Shown: positions 44,310 through 53,467 of the stretch, in pieces
Position numbering within the stretch: the stretch's first letter is position 1
Layout of the letters: the number at the start of each line of letters is the position of its first letter
Assembly (NCBI GenBank): GCA_017461765.1
Contig: JAFTXO010000014.1
Coordinates: forward strand, 10,926 to 74,925
DNA from: Clostridia bacterium
Lineage (GTDB): Bacteria > Bacillota > Clostridia > Oscillospirales > CAG-272
Direction of reading: 5' to 3'
Length of the DNA stretch: 64,000 nt
Notes under the pieces: model-generated
Told to the model about the DNA's origin: nothing
The model's input: the letters and a program-made list of their open reading frames with translations, nothing else
Databases searched by the model: none
Made by a program: the position numbers and the translations under genes

Positions 44310-45155
44310 TTAACTGTTTACCGATGTAGCGTTTATATAATCGTCATAAAGGCGATCTTGCAAATACGAAAGCAGCTTAGGATTTTTCTCACCGACCTTT
44401 TTTCCGTCTATGCTTTCAACTCCCCTGGCAATTTTGCTTGAGCTCGTTATTATTATCTCATCCGCCGAAAAAAGCTCTGTAAGACCGTATCTTCGTTCCT
44501 CCACATCAATTCCGGCTTTTTTAGCCTCATCAATAAGATGAGCTCTTGCAACTCCCGGAAGAATATAGCAGTCTGCCGGGGCCGTTATCAATTTATCGTC
44601 TTTTATGATCGAAACATTACAGTGAGAGCCTTCGGTTACGAAATCGTTTCTGTAAAATATCGTCTCGTCACATCCCAATTCCTTAGCGTACTGAGCCGCC
44701 AAAACGCTTGGCAACAGGTTTAAGGTCTTTATATTGCAAAGCTTATAGCGTATATCCTTCATAAGAGCCGTTTTCATTTTCACACTTATATCTCCGATAG
44801 TCTGCGGAATAACGGTTATACATAAATTTCCCTTTTCGCCATCAAAGGTATGAGAGCGTATTCCGCTTCCGCGAGAAACATGAAAATAAACGAATTTTTC
44901 TTCAGCATCTACTTCCTTAACAAGCGAGTATATAAGCTCGTAAAGCTCGTTTTTTGGCATTGGAATATGTATCGATAAGGTCTTGCAGTTTTTATAAAAT
45001 CTGTCTATATGCTCATTCAAAAGATATGGGATATTATTACGGCACATGACGGCATCATAGACTCCGTCACCGAAGTAAAAAGCCCTATCCGTCATAGGAA
45101 TACAGATCTGCTCTATAAGTCCTGTTTTTCCGTTATAATATCCCAAATTTTTCAT
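44310..45155 (-). CDS. Class-IV (fold type IV PLP) aminotransferase, D-amino-acid or branched-chain type
   Basis: DRAFYFGDGVYDAV and ETIFYRNDFVTEGSHCNVSII motifs. GGAGG RBS before the ATG at 45155. Confidence 0.75.
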   Translation of the reverse strand: MKNLGYYNGKTGLIEQICIPMTDRAFYFGDGVYDAVMCRNNIPYLLNEHIDRFYKNCKTLSIHIPMPKNELYELIYSLVKEVDAEEKFVYFHVSRGSGIRSHTFDGEKGNLCITVIPQTIGDISVKMKTALMKDIRYKLCNIKTLNLLPSVLAAQYAKELGCDETIFYRNDFVTEGSHCNVSIIKDDKLITAPADCYILPGVARAHLIDEAKKAGIDVEERRYGLTELFSADEIIITSSSKIARGVESIDGKKVGEKNPKLLSYLQDRLYDDYINATSVNS

Positions 45156-45168
45156 ATATACCTCCGAA

Positions 45169-47457
45169 TCAAACAACCACAAATTTCTTATTGGGTGTAA
45201 GATGAATCTCTCTATCCGCACCCTCTACGGTTATTATAGCGGTTTGTTCGTGAGGTGTTACAAGTTCAAGTGAAGAAAGTTTCGAGTTTTTCCACTCAAT
45301 ATCGACTTTTATGCCGCCTTTCGCCAAAAGTCCCTTTATTTTTCCGTTTTTCATCTCATCCGGAAGCGCGGGCAATATCTTTATTTTACCGTCCTCGCAC
45401 TGTAAAAACATTTGTGTTATTCCCGCAGTTACACCGAAGTTGCCGTCTATCTGGAACGGTGGATGCGCGTCGAACATATTTGCGTATGTTCCGCCGCCCT
45501 CGCTGTAATTTATATCGCCTTGCGGATGTACAAATGTAAGCTGTGTTTTAACGAGCTTCAAAGCGCGGTTTCCGTCCTTGAGCTTAGCCCACAGATTTAC
45601 CTTCCAGCCCATGCTCCAGCCCGTGCTTTCGTCACCTCTTATTTCAAGAGTTTGACGGCAAGCCTCTGCCAAGGCAGGTGTTTTTTCTGTAGATATAAGG
45701 TTTGCGGGATAAAGACCGTACAAATGAGAAACGTGTCTGTGGTGGATATCCTCTTCCTGATACTCCTTATCGTATTCAAGAAGCTGACCATAAGATCCGA
45801 TCTCGTAAACATTTAGGCAAGGAAGCTTTTCCTTTACTTCCTTTACAAAATCGTCATTTATTCCGAGAATATCTGCGCTCTTTACGATATTTGTGAAAAG
45901 ATCCTCTACAATTCCCTGAGTCATTGCCGTATACGGATATACGGTTACTGCCTTTCCGTCGATAATACAAGCATTTTCAGGAGAGGTTGAAGGAGTCACG
46001 AGCCATTTTCCGTCATGATATTCCATTATCGAAAGATAGAACTCTGCCGCCTTCTTCATTATCGGATATGCTGTATTTGCAAGGAATTCCTTATCGAGTG
46101 TATATTCATAATGCTCAAAGAGATGTCTTGAAAGCCAGCCCGACGACATATTCCAATATGCATATCTTGCAGAGCCTTCTCTCTTACTTCCCACAGGGGT
46201 AGTATTTGCCCAAAGATCCATATTATGATGAGACACAAAGCCTTTTGCCTTATAGAATTTTTGAGCTGTTTCTTCTCCGTTTTTGCTTGCATTTTCAATA
46301 AGCTCCAAAAGCGGATAGTGGCACTTTTCAAGATCGCACATAAGAACAGGCCAATAATTCATTTCCGTATTGATATTCACAGTATAGTTTGACGACCAAG
46401 GAGCATAAAACTTATCGTTCCAAATTCCTTGGAGATTTGTTGCACGCGAGCCTTCACGCGATGATGCGATAATAAGATATCTTCCAAAATTATACAAAAG
46501 CTCACAGAGTCCGAGATCTTTATTCTCGCTTTTCAATCTTTGATCGGTAGGAAGCGCGCTTATCTCTCCGCCGAAATCGGTCTCGACCTTATTAAAGAGA
46601 GGCTTTACATCGTTTATATGAGCTTCCTTGAGCACGTTATAGTCTTTTTTGCAGATTGCTTCAAGCTTTTCAAGACAGGGATAGAAGGTTGGCTTATTCG
46701 GAAGCTTATCAAATGCGACAAAGCTGGTCTCGGCGCAGAAGCGAAGCGTAACATCCTTTGCATTTAAAATTCTTATGCCCTCAGAGCAATATTCGGTCTT
46801 ACCGTCACAAATAACGCGAGCCATAGCACTCACCTTTACTCCGTCGCCGTCATACAAAATCGGTGACTCATGGCGAGCATATTCGGGAGTTATATGCGAG
46901 GGGCATTCGCCCGAAAGATAGAGAGTATCTTTTCCGGAGGTAACGGAGCTTTTTCCGACGCAATCGGCAGAGAGCTTATACGATGCCGGCTTACTTGATC
47001 TTATCTTCAAAACAAAGCAATCATCGGGCTTTGAAACGAAATACTCTCTTTCGAAATCAATTCCGCCCTGACTGTATTTTACGGTAACAATGGAATTTTC
47101 CATATCCAAAACGCGGGAGTATTCGGAGACAGGATCGCTTGCATCTTCTCTTTCAAGATATAAGTTTCCAAGATAGATATAGGAATTCAGCCAGCGTCCC
47201 GTAAAATTGTTTTCAATTTCACGCTGTGCTTCATAAAACTTACCTTGTGAAACGAGCTCTTTGGCTTTTTCGTTAGCTTCATATGCGGTATCAACTATTT
47301 TTTGACCCGGTTTTCCCGACCAAAGAGTATCGTGGTTTAAAGATATTCTTTCTTTTTCAATCTTTCCGTATACCATAGCACCGAGCGAGCCGTTACCAAG
47401 CGGTAAGGCTTCCTCAAACACTCTGGCTTCATCCTTATAATAAAGTATTTTCTCCAT
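45169..47457 (-). CDS. Glycoside hydrolase family 95 (alpha-L-fucosidase-like)
   Basis: EALPLGNGSLGAMVYG...ISLNHDTLWSGKPG N-terminal signature. ~760 aa. NLQGIWN and HRHVSHLYGLYP motifs. Confidence 0.85.
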   Translation of the reverse strand: MEKILYYKDEARVFEEALPLGNGSLGAMVYGKIEKERISLNHDTLWSGKPGQKIVDTAYEANEKAKELVSQGKFYEAQREIENNFTGRWLNSYIYLGNLYLEREDASDPVSEYSRVLDMENSIVTVKYSQGGIDFEREYFVSKPDDCFVLKIRSSKPASYKLSADCVGKSSVTSGKDTLYLSGECPSHITPEYARHESPILYDGDGVKVSAMARVICDGKTEYCSEGIRILNAKDVTLRFCAETSFVAFDKLPNKPTFYPCLEKLEAICKKDYNVLKEAHINDVKPLFNKVETDFGGEISALPTDQRLKSENKDLGLCELLYNFGRYLIIASSREGSRATNLQGIWNDKFYAPWSSNYTVNINTEMNYWPVLMCDLEKCHYPLLELIENASKNGEETAQKFYKAKGFVSHHNMDLWANTTPVGSKREGSARYAYWNMSSGWLSRHLFEHYEYTLDKEFLANTAYPIMKKAAEFYLSIMEYHDGKWLVTPSTSPENACIIDGKAVTVYPYTAMTQGIVEDLFTNIVKSADILGINDDFVKEVKEKLPCLNVYEIGSYGQLLEYDKEYQEEDIHHRHVSHLYGLYPANLISTEKTPALAEACRQTLEIRGDESTGWSMGWKVNLWAKLKDGNRALKLVKTQLTFVHPQGDINYSEGGGTYANMFDAHPPFQIDGNFGVTAGITQMFLQCEDGKIKILPALPDEMKNGKIKGLLAKGGIKVDIEWKNSKLSSLELVTPHEQTAIITVEGADREIHLTPNKKFVVV

Positions 47458-47509
47458 ACTGTTCTCCCAAGATTATTTTCAATTATTTTTTATCAAGAAT
47501 TATTTTTCA

Positions 47510-47755
47510 TTAAGATAATTTTTTGATCTTTCCGAGGCAATCCTCGCAAATCATTTTTCCATCTATAGCCAATGCGTTTTTAGAGCTTCCGCAGATGACG
47601 CATGATATCTGTGCTTTTTTTAGAATGATCTTGTCGCCCTCAACATATATTTCAATGAGGTCCTTAGGCTCAATCCCGAGTGAATTACGAAGCTCGATCG
47701 GTAATACAATTCTTCCGAGTGAGTCTACCATTCTTCTTATTCCTGTTGTCTTCAT
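47510..47755 (-). CDS. AbrB/SpoVT-family transition-state regulator with a C-terminal CxxC...CxxC tail
   Basis: GIRRMVDSLGRIVLPIELRNSLGIEPKDLIEIYVEGDKIILKK swapped-hairpin domain, then CVICGS...CEDC. Confidence 0.8.
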   Translation of the reverse strand: MKTTGIRRMVDSLGRIVLPIELRNSLGIEPKDLIEIYVEGDKIILKKAQISCVICGSSKNALAIDGKMICEDCLGKIKKLS

Positions 47756-47872
47756 AAAATACCTCCTCGACCTTTTCGGTCAGAATTTTTTAATTTACGA
47801 CATTATTTTATCATGTTTTTGGTAAGATGTCAATTGATATTCAGGATAAATCAATAATTTTGAGGTGAAAAA

Positions 47873-48457
47873 ATGCTTGGAAAATGCTTTGGTGTAATTT
47901 CTTGTATATCCATACTTTATTCGTTTTTTGTCGGCACTGCGTCAAATATATCCGAGGCAATAATTTCGAGTGCCTCAAAAAGCGTTTCTTTGGTGATCTC
48001 TCTTATGGGATCTATGGCTCTTTGGAACGGGATCTTAAATGTACTCAAGGATTGCGGAGTGATAAAAAAATTATCAAATCTGTTAAAGCCGATATTAAAG
48101 CTCGTATTTCCAAGCTCTTTTAAAAACGATATAGCCACGGAGGAGATAACAGCCTGCATAAGTGCAAACCTTCTCGGAATATCAAATGCAGCCACTCCCC
48201 TCGCTCTTTCGGCTATAAAAAAGATGAATGAGCGCAACCCGGATAAAAGCTCTGCCACTGCCGATATGATAATGCTTGCGGTGCTTGGCTGCTCTTGCTT
48301 CAATTTTCTTCCGACTACGATATTGGCGATAAGAAATGCTTTTTCTGCCGAAATCACCTATCAGCTTATCGTTCCTATATGGATATGCTCGGGAATGTGT
48401 ATGATTTTAGGGATTTTACTTTGCAGAATATTAGGAAAATTATATGGAAAAAATTAA
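47873..48457 (+). CDS. spmA: Spore maturation protein A (nucleoside-recognition domain membrane protein)
   Basis: Gate/nucleoside-recognition-type membrane protein, paired with and overlapping an spmB-like gene. Confidence 0.7.
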   Translation: MLGKCFGVISCISILYSFFVGTASNISEAIISSASKSVSLVISLMGSMALWNGILNVLKDCGVIKKLSNLLKPILKLVFPSSFKNDIATEEITACISANLLGISNAATPLALSAIKKMNERNPDKSSATADMIMLAVLGCSCFNFLPTTILAIRNAFSAEITYQLIVPIWICSGMCMILGILLCRILGKLYGKN

Positions 48458-48971
48458 AGTTTTTTCTTCTTTCGTCCTACCCTGTATCATTTTTTTGATA
48501 GGTGTCATATTTCTATTTGGGAAAAAGGATTATTTTTCTTCGTTTATAAAGGGTGCAAGGGACGGCATCAGCAGTTCTCTCTCTTTATTGCCTACCATGT
48601 GTGCTTTAACAGTATCGATAAGTATTTTTTCAGCATCGGGAATTTCTGATTTTTTGGTAAAAATACTCGACCCTGTGTGCGATTTTTTAAAAATACCCGC
48701 CGCTATATTTCCTTTTGTTCTGACAAAGCCACTTTCCGGGGGAGCTTCCATGGCAACATACGAAAATCTTCTTGAAAATTACGGTGCTGACTCTTTTATT
48801 GCTCTTTGCGCATCGGTAATCATGGCATCGTCCGACACTGTATTTTATGTTCTTAGCGTATATTTTTCGGAGAGCAAGATAAAGAAAACCCGTTACGCTC
48901 TTCCTTGCGCGCTTTTTGTATTTCTTTTTTGCGTAATTTTATCCTCTATTCTATGTAATCTCTTCTTTTGA
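48444..48971 (+). CDS. spmB: Spore maturation protein B
   Basis: Paralogous membrane protein overlapping the end of spmA (PLSGGASMATYENLLENYG). Confidence 0.7.
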   Translation: MEKIKVFSSFVLPCIIFLIGVIFLFGKKDYFSSFIKGARDGISSSLSLLPTMCALTVSISIFSASGISDFLVKILDPVCDFLKIPAAIFPFVLTKPLSGGASMATYENLLENYGADSFIALCASVIMASSDTVFYVLSVYFSESKIKKTRYALPCALFVFLFCVILSSILCNLFF

Positions 48972-49024
48972 ATATTTTTTCATTCTTGCGGCTATAATCA
49001 TAAAAAGATTTTTTAGGAGTTATT

Positions 49025-49300
49025 ATGATAAAAGGCTGTAAAAAGAAAATGATCTTTATAAAGGATACCAAAAGCGATTTTTTTGACGAAGCTTATTTCG
49101 TTCTTAAGGGCGATATTGATTATTCTTACACAAGCGAGAGCGACATTGTAAAGGCTGCCGCTATGATAATTAATGAATTTGATGAAAACAAACAGAAAGG
49201 AGCTCGAAAAAAAAGAAAAGCTCCGAGATTTCTTCTCGGATTTTTTCTTGGCTTGCTTATTTCAAGTGCTATTTTAGGGTTGTTTCTTATTTTTTATTGA
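49025..49300 (+). CDS. Small hypothetical protein with a C-terminal membrane anchor
   Basis: 91 aa: soluble N-terminal part, a KKRK basic patch, then one TM helix (FLLGFFLGLLISSAILGLFLIF). No family recognised. Confidence 0.45.
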   Translation: MIKGCKKKMIFIKDTKSDFFDEAYFVLKGDIDYSYTSESDIVKAAAMIINEFDENKQKGARKKRKAPRFLLGFFLGLLISSAILGLFLIFY

Positions 49301-49325
49301 CGAAACGCTCTTTCTGTGGTAAAAT
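49297..49325 (+). promoter_or_regulatory. Candidate sigma-A promoter for rnj with a ~130-nt leader
   Basis: TTGACG - 17 nt - TAAAAT. The leader contains the nested inverted repeats GAACG...CGTTC and GTGTG...CACAC (49355-49400). Confidence 0.45.
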
Positions 49326-49457
49326 AGACATAATAAATTTTCGTTTTACTTTTTGAACGCTATTTGTGTGGGGCCGTTTATACACACATTTTGACCGTTC
49401 AAATCAAATGATGCGTACCTGATATCAGGTGCTTCTTTACTTATGGAAAGGAATATT

Positions 49458-51356
49458 ATGTCTAAAACAGCACAGGAAACAAAAAAGCAAGGCACTAAAA
49501 AATGGCGCAAGCCTGCCTCAAAGAAAAAGAATTCTATGGATAATAATACTATTACGGAGAACTCAAAATCAAAAAAGGCGGTAAAGCCTGCCGCAAAATC
49601 AGCTTCGAAAAAAGCTACTACACCGACTAAGGCTTCGAAAAGAGTATCCGGCAGAGCTATAAAAAGGAGTACAAAAAAAGCTCCCGCCAAAAAAGCCGCT
49701 CCAAAGCTTAAGATATTCTCCTTGGGAGGTCTTAACGAGATAGGAAAAAACATAACCGTTTTCGAGTGTGAAAACGATATCATAATCGTTGACTGCGGAA
49801 TTGGATTTCCCGATGACGATATGCTCGGCGTTGATCTTGTTATTCCCGACTTTTCTTATCTTGAAAGCAACGTTGAAAAGATCCGCGGTGTATTTATAAC
49901 TCACGGACACGAGGATCATATCGGTTCTCTTCCCTATTTATTAAGAACCATGAATGTTCCTATTTTCGGCACTAAGCTTACTTTGGGAATTTTGGAAAAC
50001 AAGCTTATCGAGCACAAGCTTTTACAAACTGCAAAGCTTCACACGGTAAATGCCAAGGATGTTATCACCGTTGGCTGCTTCAAGGTTGAATTTATAAGAG
50101 TAAATCATTCGATTGCCGATGCATGCGCTCTTGCAATTACCACTCCGCAGGGAGTTATCGTTCACACGGGAGATTTTAAGCTCGATCTTACTCCTATTGA
50201 AAGCGAGCCTATGGATATTGCCAGATTAGGCCAGCTAGGAAATGATGGCGTTACTATGCTTCTTTGTGAATCTACAAATGTTGAGCGCTCGGGTTACACT
50301 CCTTCAGAAAGCAAGGTTGGTATTTCTCTTGAAAAGATATTCTCCTCTGCAAAGGACAAACGAATAATAATTGCTACATTTGCTTCAAACGTTCACAGAG
50401 TTCAGCAGATAATAAACACCAGCATTCGCCACAACAGGAAGGTGGCTGTTACGGGACGCAGTATGGAAAATGTCGTAAATGCGGCTGTTCGTCTCGGTTA
50501 CATGAATGTTCCCGATGATGTTCTGATAGATATCGATTCAATTAAAAAGTATCCGCCCGAAAAGCTCACCATCGTAACCACGGGAAGTCAGGGCGAGCCT
50601 ATGAGTGCGTTATACAGAATGGCATTTTCAGATCATAACAAGGTGGTGCTTACGGATAAGGATCTTGTTGTTCTTTCATCAAGTGCTATTCCCGGTAATG
50701 AGCCTCTTGTCGGAAAAATCGTCAACGAGATGTACCGTCGCGGTGTGAATGTTTATCATGATTCGAGCGTTGAGGTCCACGTTTCGGGGCACGCGTGTCA
50801 AGAGGAGCTTAAGCTTATGCATTCTCTTGTAAAGCCTAAATATTTCATGCCTATTCACGGTGAATACAGACATTTAATCCAGCATAAAGAGCTTGCGGAA
50901 AGCATGGGAATGTCAAGCGAAAATATTTTTGTTTCGGATATCGGCAAGGTAATCGAAATCGACGAAAACGGTGCGAGATTTTCAGGAACTGTGCCTTCGG
51001 GAAAAATTCTTATTGACGGAAGCGGCGTTGGTGACGTTGGTAATATTGTTTTAAGAGATCGTAAAAACCTTGCGGAAAACGGTCTCATAATTGCAGTTGC
51101 TACGATAAGCATGGATGCAAGAATGCTTATGTCCGGCCCTGAAATAATTTCAAGAGGATTTGTTTATGTTCGCGAAAACGAGGAGCTTATGAATGAAGCG
51201 CGTGATGTTGCGACAAAGTGTATTATAAATGCTCTTGAAAAGGATGTTCACGATTGGAACGAGCTTAAGACTGCTATTAAAAATTCAATTTCCAAATTTA
51301 TTTTCAACAAAACCAAGCGCAAGCCTCTTATCCTGCCTATACTTATGAATATTTAA
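49458..51356 (+). CDS. rnj: Ribonuclease J with a ~85-aa Lys/Ala/Ser-rich N-terminal extension
   Basis: Metallo-beta-lactamase/beta-CASP motifs (ITHGHEDHIG, HTGDFK, HVSGHA). Start at 49458 after a GGAAAGGA RBS. Confidence 0.9.
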   Translation: MSKTAQETKKQGTKKWRKPASKKKNSMDNNTITENSKSKKAVKPAAKSASKKATTPTKASKRVSGRAIKRSTKKAPAKKAAPKLKIFSLGGLNEIGKNITVFECENDIIIVDCGIGFPDDDMLGVDLVIPDFSYLESNVEKIRGVFITHGHEDHIGSLPYLLRTMNVPIFGTKLTLGILENKLIEHKLLQTAKLHTVNAKDVITVGCFKVEFIRVNHSIADACALAITTPQGVIVHTGDFKLDLTPIESEPMDIARLGQLGNDGVTMLLCESTNVERSGYTPSESKVGISLEKIFSSAKDKRIIIATFASNVHRVQQIINTSIRHNRKVAVTGRSMENVVNAAVRLGYMNVPDDVLIDIDSIKKYPPEKLTIVTTGSQGEPMSALYRMAFSDHNKVVLTDKDLVVLSSSAIPGNEPLVGKIVNEMYRRGVNVYHDSSVEVHVSGHACQEELKLMHSLVKPKYFMPIHGEYRHLIQHKELAESMGMSSENIFVSDIGKVIEIDENGARFSGTVPSGKILIDGSGVGDVGNIVLRDRKNLAENGLIIAVATISMDARMLMSGPEIISRGFVYVRENEELMNEARDVATKCIINALEKDVHDWNELKTAIKNSISKFIFNKTKRKPLILPILMNI

Positions 51357-51362
51357 AAATCA

Positions 51363-51404
51363 ACAAGAGAATTTTGCAAAAACCGCAAAATTCTCTTGTT
51401 TTTT
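51363..51404 (+). terminator. rnj terminator
   Basis: ACAAGAGAATTTTGC aaaaacc GCAAAATTCTCTTGT TTTTT. Confidence 0.8.
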
Positions 51405-51715
51405 CGACAATATATGATCATATGTAAATTTGATAATATATTCAATATTTATTTCAAGTCTCCAAAAGTCCTTAAAATCCAATATAATTTACCATTTTTA
51501 CAAAAATCAGAATTTTTGTTTTTTTATAAAAAGCTTGAAATTTTATGATGCTCAGCTTTTGTCTTTTGTGTTAAGTCTTAGTAAAATTTAAACTAATTTC
51601 ATTTTATATTATTGTAATATTAAATTTTATATGGTATACTGTATAATGAAATATTATGGGCGTGATCAGAGTTATATTCTCTATGCTCGTTTTAGCTTTA
51701 TGAAGGGAGCGCAAT

Positions 51716-53467
51716 ATGAAAAAGCTTTTAGCCTATATGAAGGGCTATTATAAGGAATGTATCATAAGTCCGCTTTTTAAGATGCTCGAGGCGGTCTTTG
51801 AGCTTCTTGTTCCGCTTGTAATAGCGAACATTATAGATATAGGAATTGCAAACAAGGATAAGGGATACGTTATAAAAATGTGTCTTGTTTTGGTTGCTTT
51901 TGCAATCGTAGGTCTTTCGTGTACTCTTATCGCACAGTATTTTGCGGCAAAGGTGGCAGTAGGATTTTCCTGCAAGGTCAAGCATTCGCTGTTTTCGCAT
52001 ATTCAATCGCTTTCTTATTCCGAGATTGACGATCTTGGTACATCTACTATGATCACAAGAATGACGAGCGACATGAACCAAGTACAAACGGGTGTCAATT
52101 TGACACTAAGACTCTTTATGCGTTCTCCTGTTGTTGTTTTCGGTGCTATGATAATGGCATTTTACGTTGACAGGACAAGCGCATCGTTCTTTGATCGTCC
52201 TGCTACGACATTCGTTATTGCAATTCCGCTTCTTGCTATCATAGTATTCAGTATCATGTGTGCTTCGATACCGCTTTTCAAGAAGGTACAAATGAAGCTT
52301 GACAAGGTTCTTAACAGAACTCGAGAAAATTTAAGCGGTGTTCGTGTTATCCGTGCATTCGGCAAGGAAAATGATGAGATAGGAGAATTTAAAAAAGAAG
52401 CCTCTTCACTCTTTTCGGCACAGACATTCGTTGGCAAGATATCTGCTATTATGAATCCTGCGACCTTTGCCATTATAAATCTCGCTATCGTTATGCTTAT
52501 CTGGAACGGAGCTATTCAAGTAAATTCGGGCTCTCTTTCTCAAGGACAGGTTATAGCTTTATATAACTATATGTCTCAGATTCTTGTTGAGCTTATAAAG
52601 CTTGCAAATCTTATAATCAATATAACAAAATCCGTAGCCTGCGGAAACAGAGTTCAAGCTGTTTTCGAGATATCTCCCTCAATAAAGGACGATGCATTGG
52701 ATACTGCTCCTATGATTATGTCGGAAAATGCCGTTGATTTCAGAAATGTATCTATGACATATTTAAAGGCGAGTGAAAGCTCGCTTGACGATATTGATTT
52801 TTCCGTAAAACACGGTGAAACTGTCGGAATAGTTGGCGCTACGGGAAGCGGAAAAACAACGCTTATAAACTTAATATCAAGATTTTACGATGTATCGAGC
52901 GGTGAGGTCTTAGTTGACGGAATAAACGTAAAAAGCTACAGATCCGAGGAGCTTTTAAGTAAGATCGGTATCGTTCCGCAAAAGGCGGTACTGTTCCGCG
53001 GCTCGCTGCGCGACAATATGAAATGGGGCAACGAAAACGCAAGTGATGATGAGATCATCGAGGCTATAAAAAGCGCTCAAGGCGCTGATATTCTTCTATC
53101 TAAAAAGGAGGGGCTTGATTTCTTCATTGAGCAAGGCGGAAAAAATCTTTCGGGCGGTCAAAAGCAACGTCTCACGATCGCTCGCGCTTTAGTGAAAAAG
53201 CCAAGCATTCTTATTCTTGACGATTCCTCGTCTGCTCTTGATTTTGCAACAGACGCATCACTTCGAAAATCCATATCGGAGCTTGATTTCAAGCCGACTG
53301 TATTTATCGTTTCACAAAGGGCTTCTTCCGTTATGCACGCGGACAAAATAATCGTTCTTGATGACGGAAAATGCGTCGGAATTGCAACTCACAGTGAGCT
53401 TTTGAAGCAATGCTCGGTATATGCTGAGATCTATGCTTCTCAGTTCGGAAAGGAGAGTATTGCATGA
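51716..53467 (+). CDS. ABC exporter, fused permease/ATPase half-transporter (subunit 1 of a heterodimer)
   Basis: Six TM helices plus an NBD (GATGSGKTT, LSGGQKQR, ILILDDSSSALD). Confidence 0.9.
   Translation: MKKLLAYMKGYYKECIISPLFKMLEAVFELLVPLVIANIIDIGIANKDKGYVIKMCLVLVAFAIVGLSCTLIAQYFAAKVAVGFSCKVKHSLFSHIQSLSYSEIDDLGTSTMITRMTSDMNQVQTGVNLTLRLFMRSPVVVFGAMIMAFYVDRTSASFFDRPATTFVIAIPLLAIIVFSIMCASIPLFKKVQMKLDKVLNRTRENLSGVRVIRAFGKENDEIGEFKKEASSLFSAQTFVGKISAIMNPATFAIINLAIVMLIWNGAIQVNSGSLSQGQVIALYNYMSQILVELIKLANLIINITKSVACGNRVQAVFEISPSIKDDALDTAPMIMSENAVDFRNVSMTYLKASESSLDDIDFSVKHGETVGIVGATGSGKTTLINLISRFYDVSSGEVLVDGINVKSYRSEELLSKIGIVPQKAVLFRGSLRDNMKWGNENASDDEIIEAIKSAQGADILLSKKEGLDFFIEQGGKNLSGGQKQRLTIARALVKKPSILILDDSSSALDFATDASLRKSISELDFKPTVFIVSQRASSVMHADKIIVLDDGKCVGIATHSELLKQCSVYAEIYASQFGKESIA

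Noticed and set aside
49346-49783. 145-aa minus-strand ORF rich in Phe/Ala/Leu, overlapping the rnj 5' end.
   Set aside because: It is the reverse-complement reading of the Lys-rich (AAA/AAG) extension of RNase J. It is a low-complexity artefact.
51405-51655. 250-nt extremely AT-rich spacer upstream of the ABC exporter, considered as an origin-like or repeat element.
   Set aside because: I found no DnaA-box-like repeats, iterons or inverted repeats, only promoter-like AT-rich sequence. It is most simply a curved promoter/UP region.
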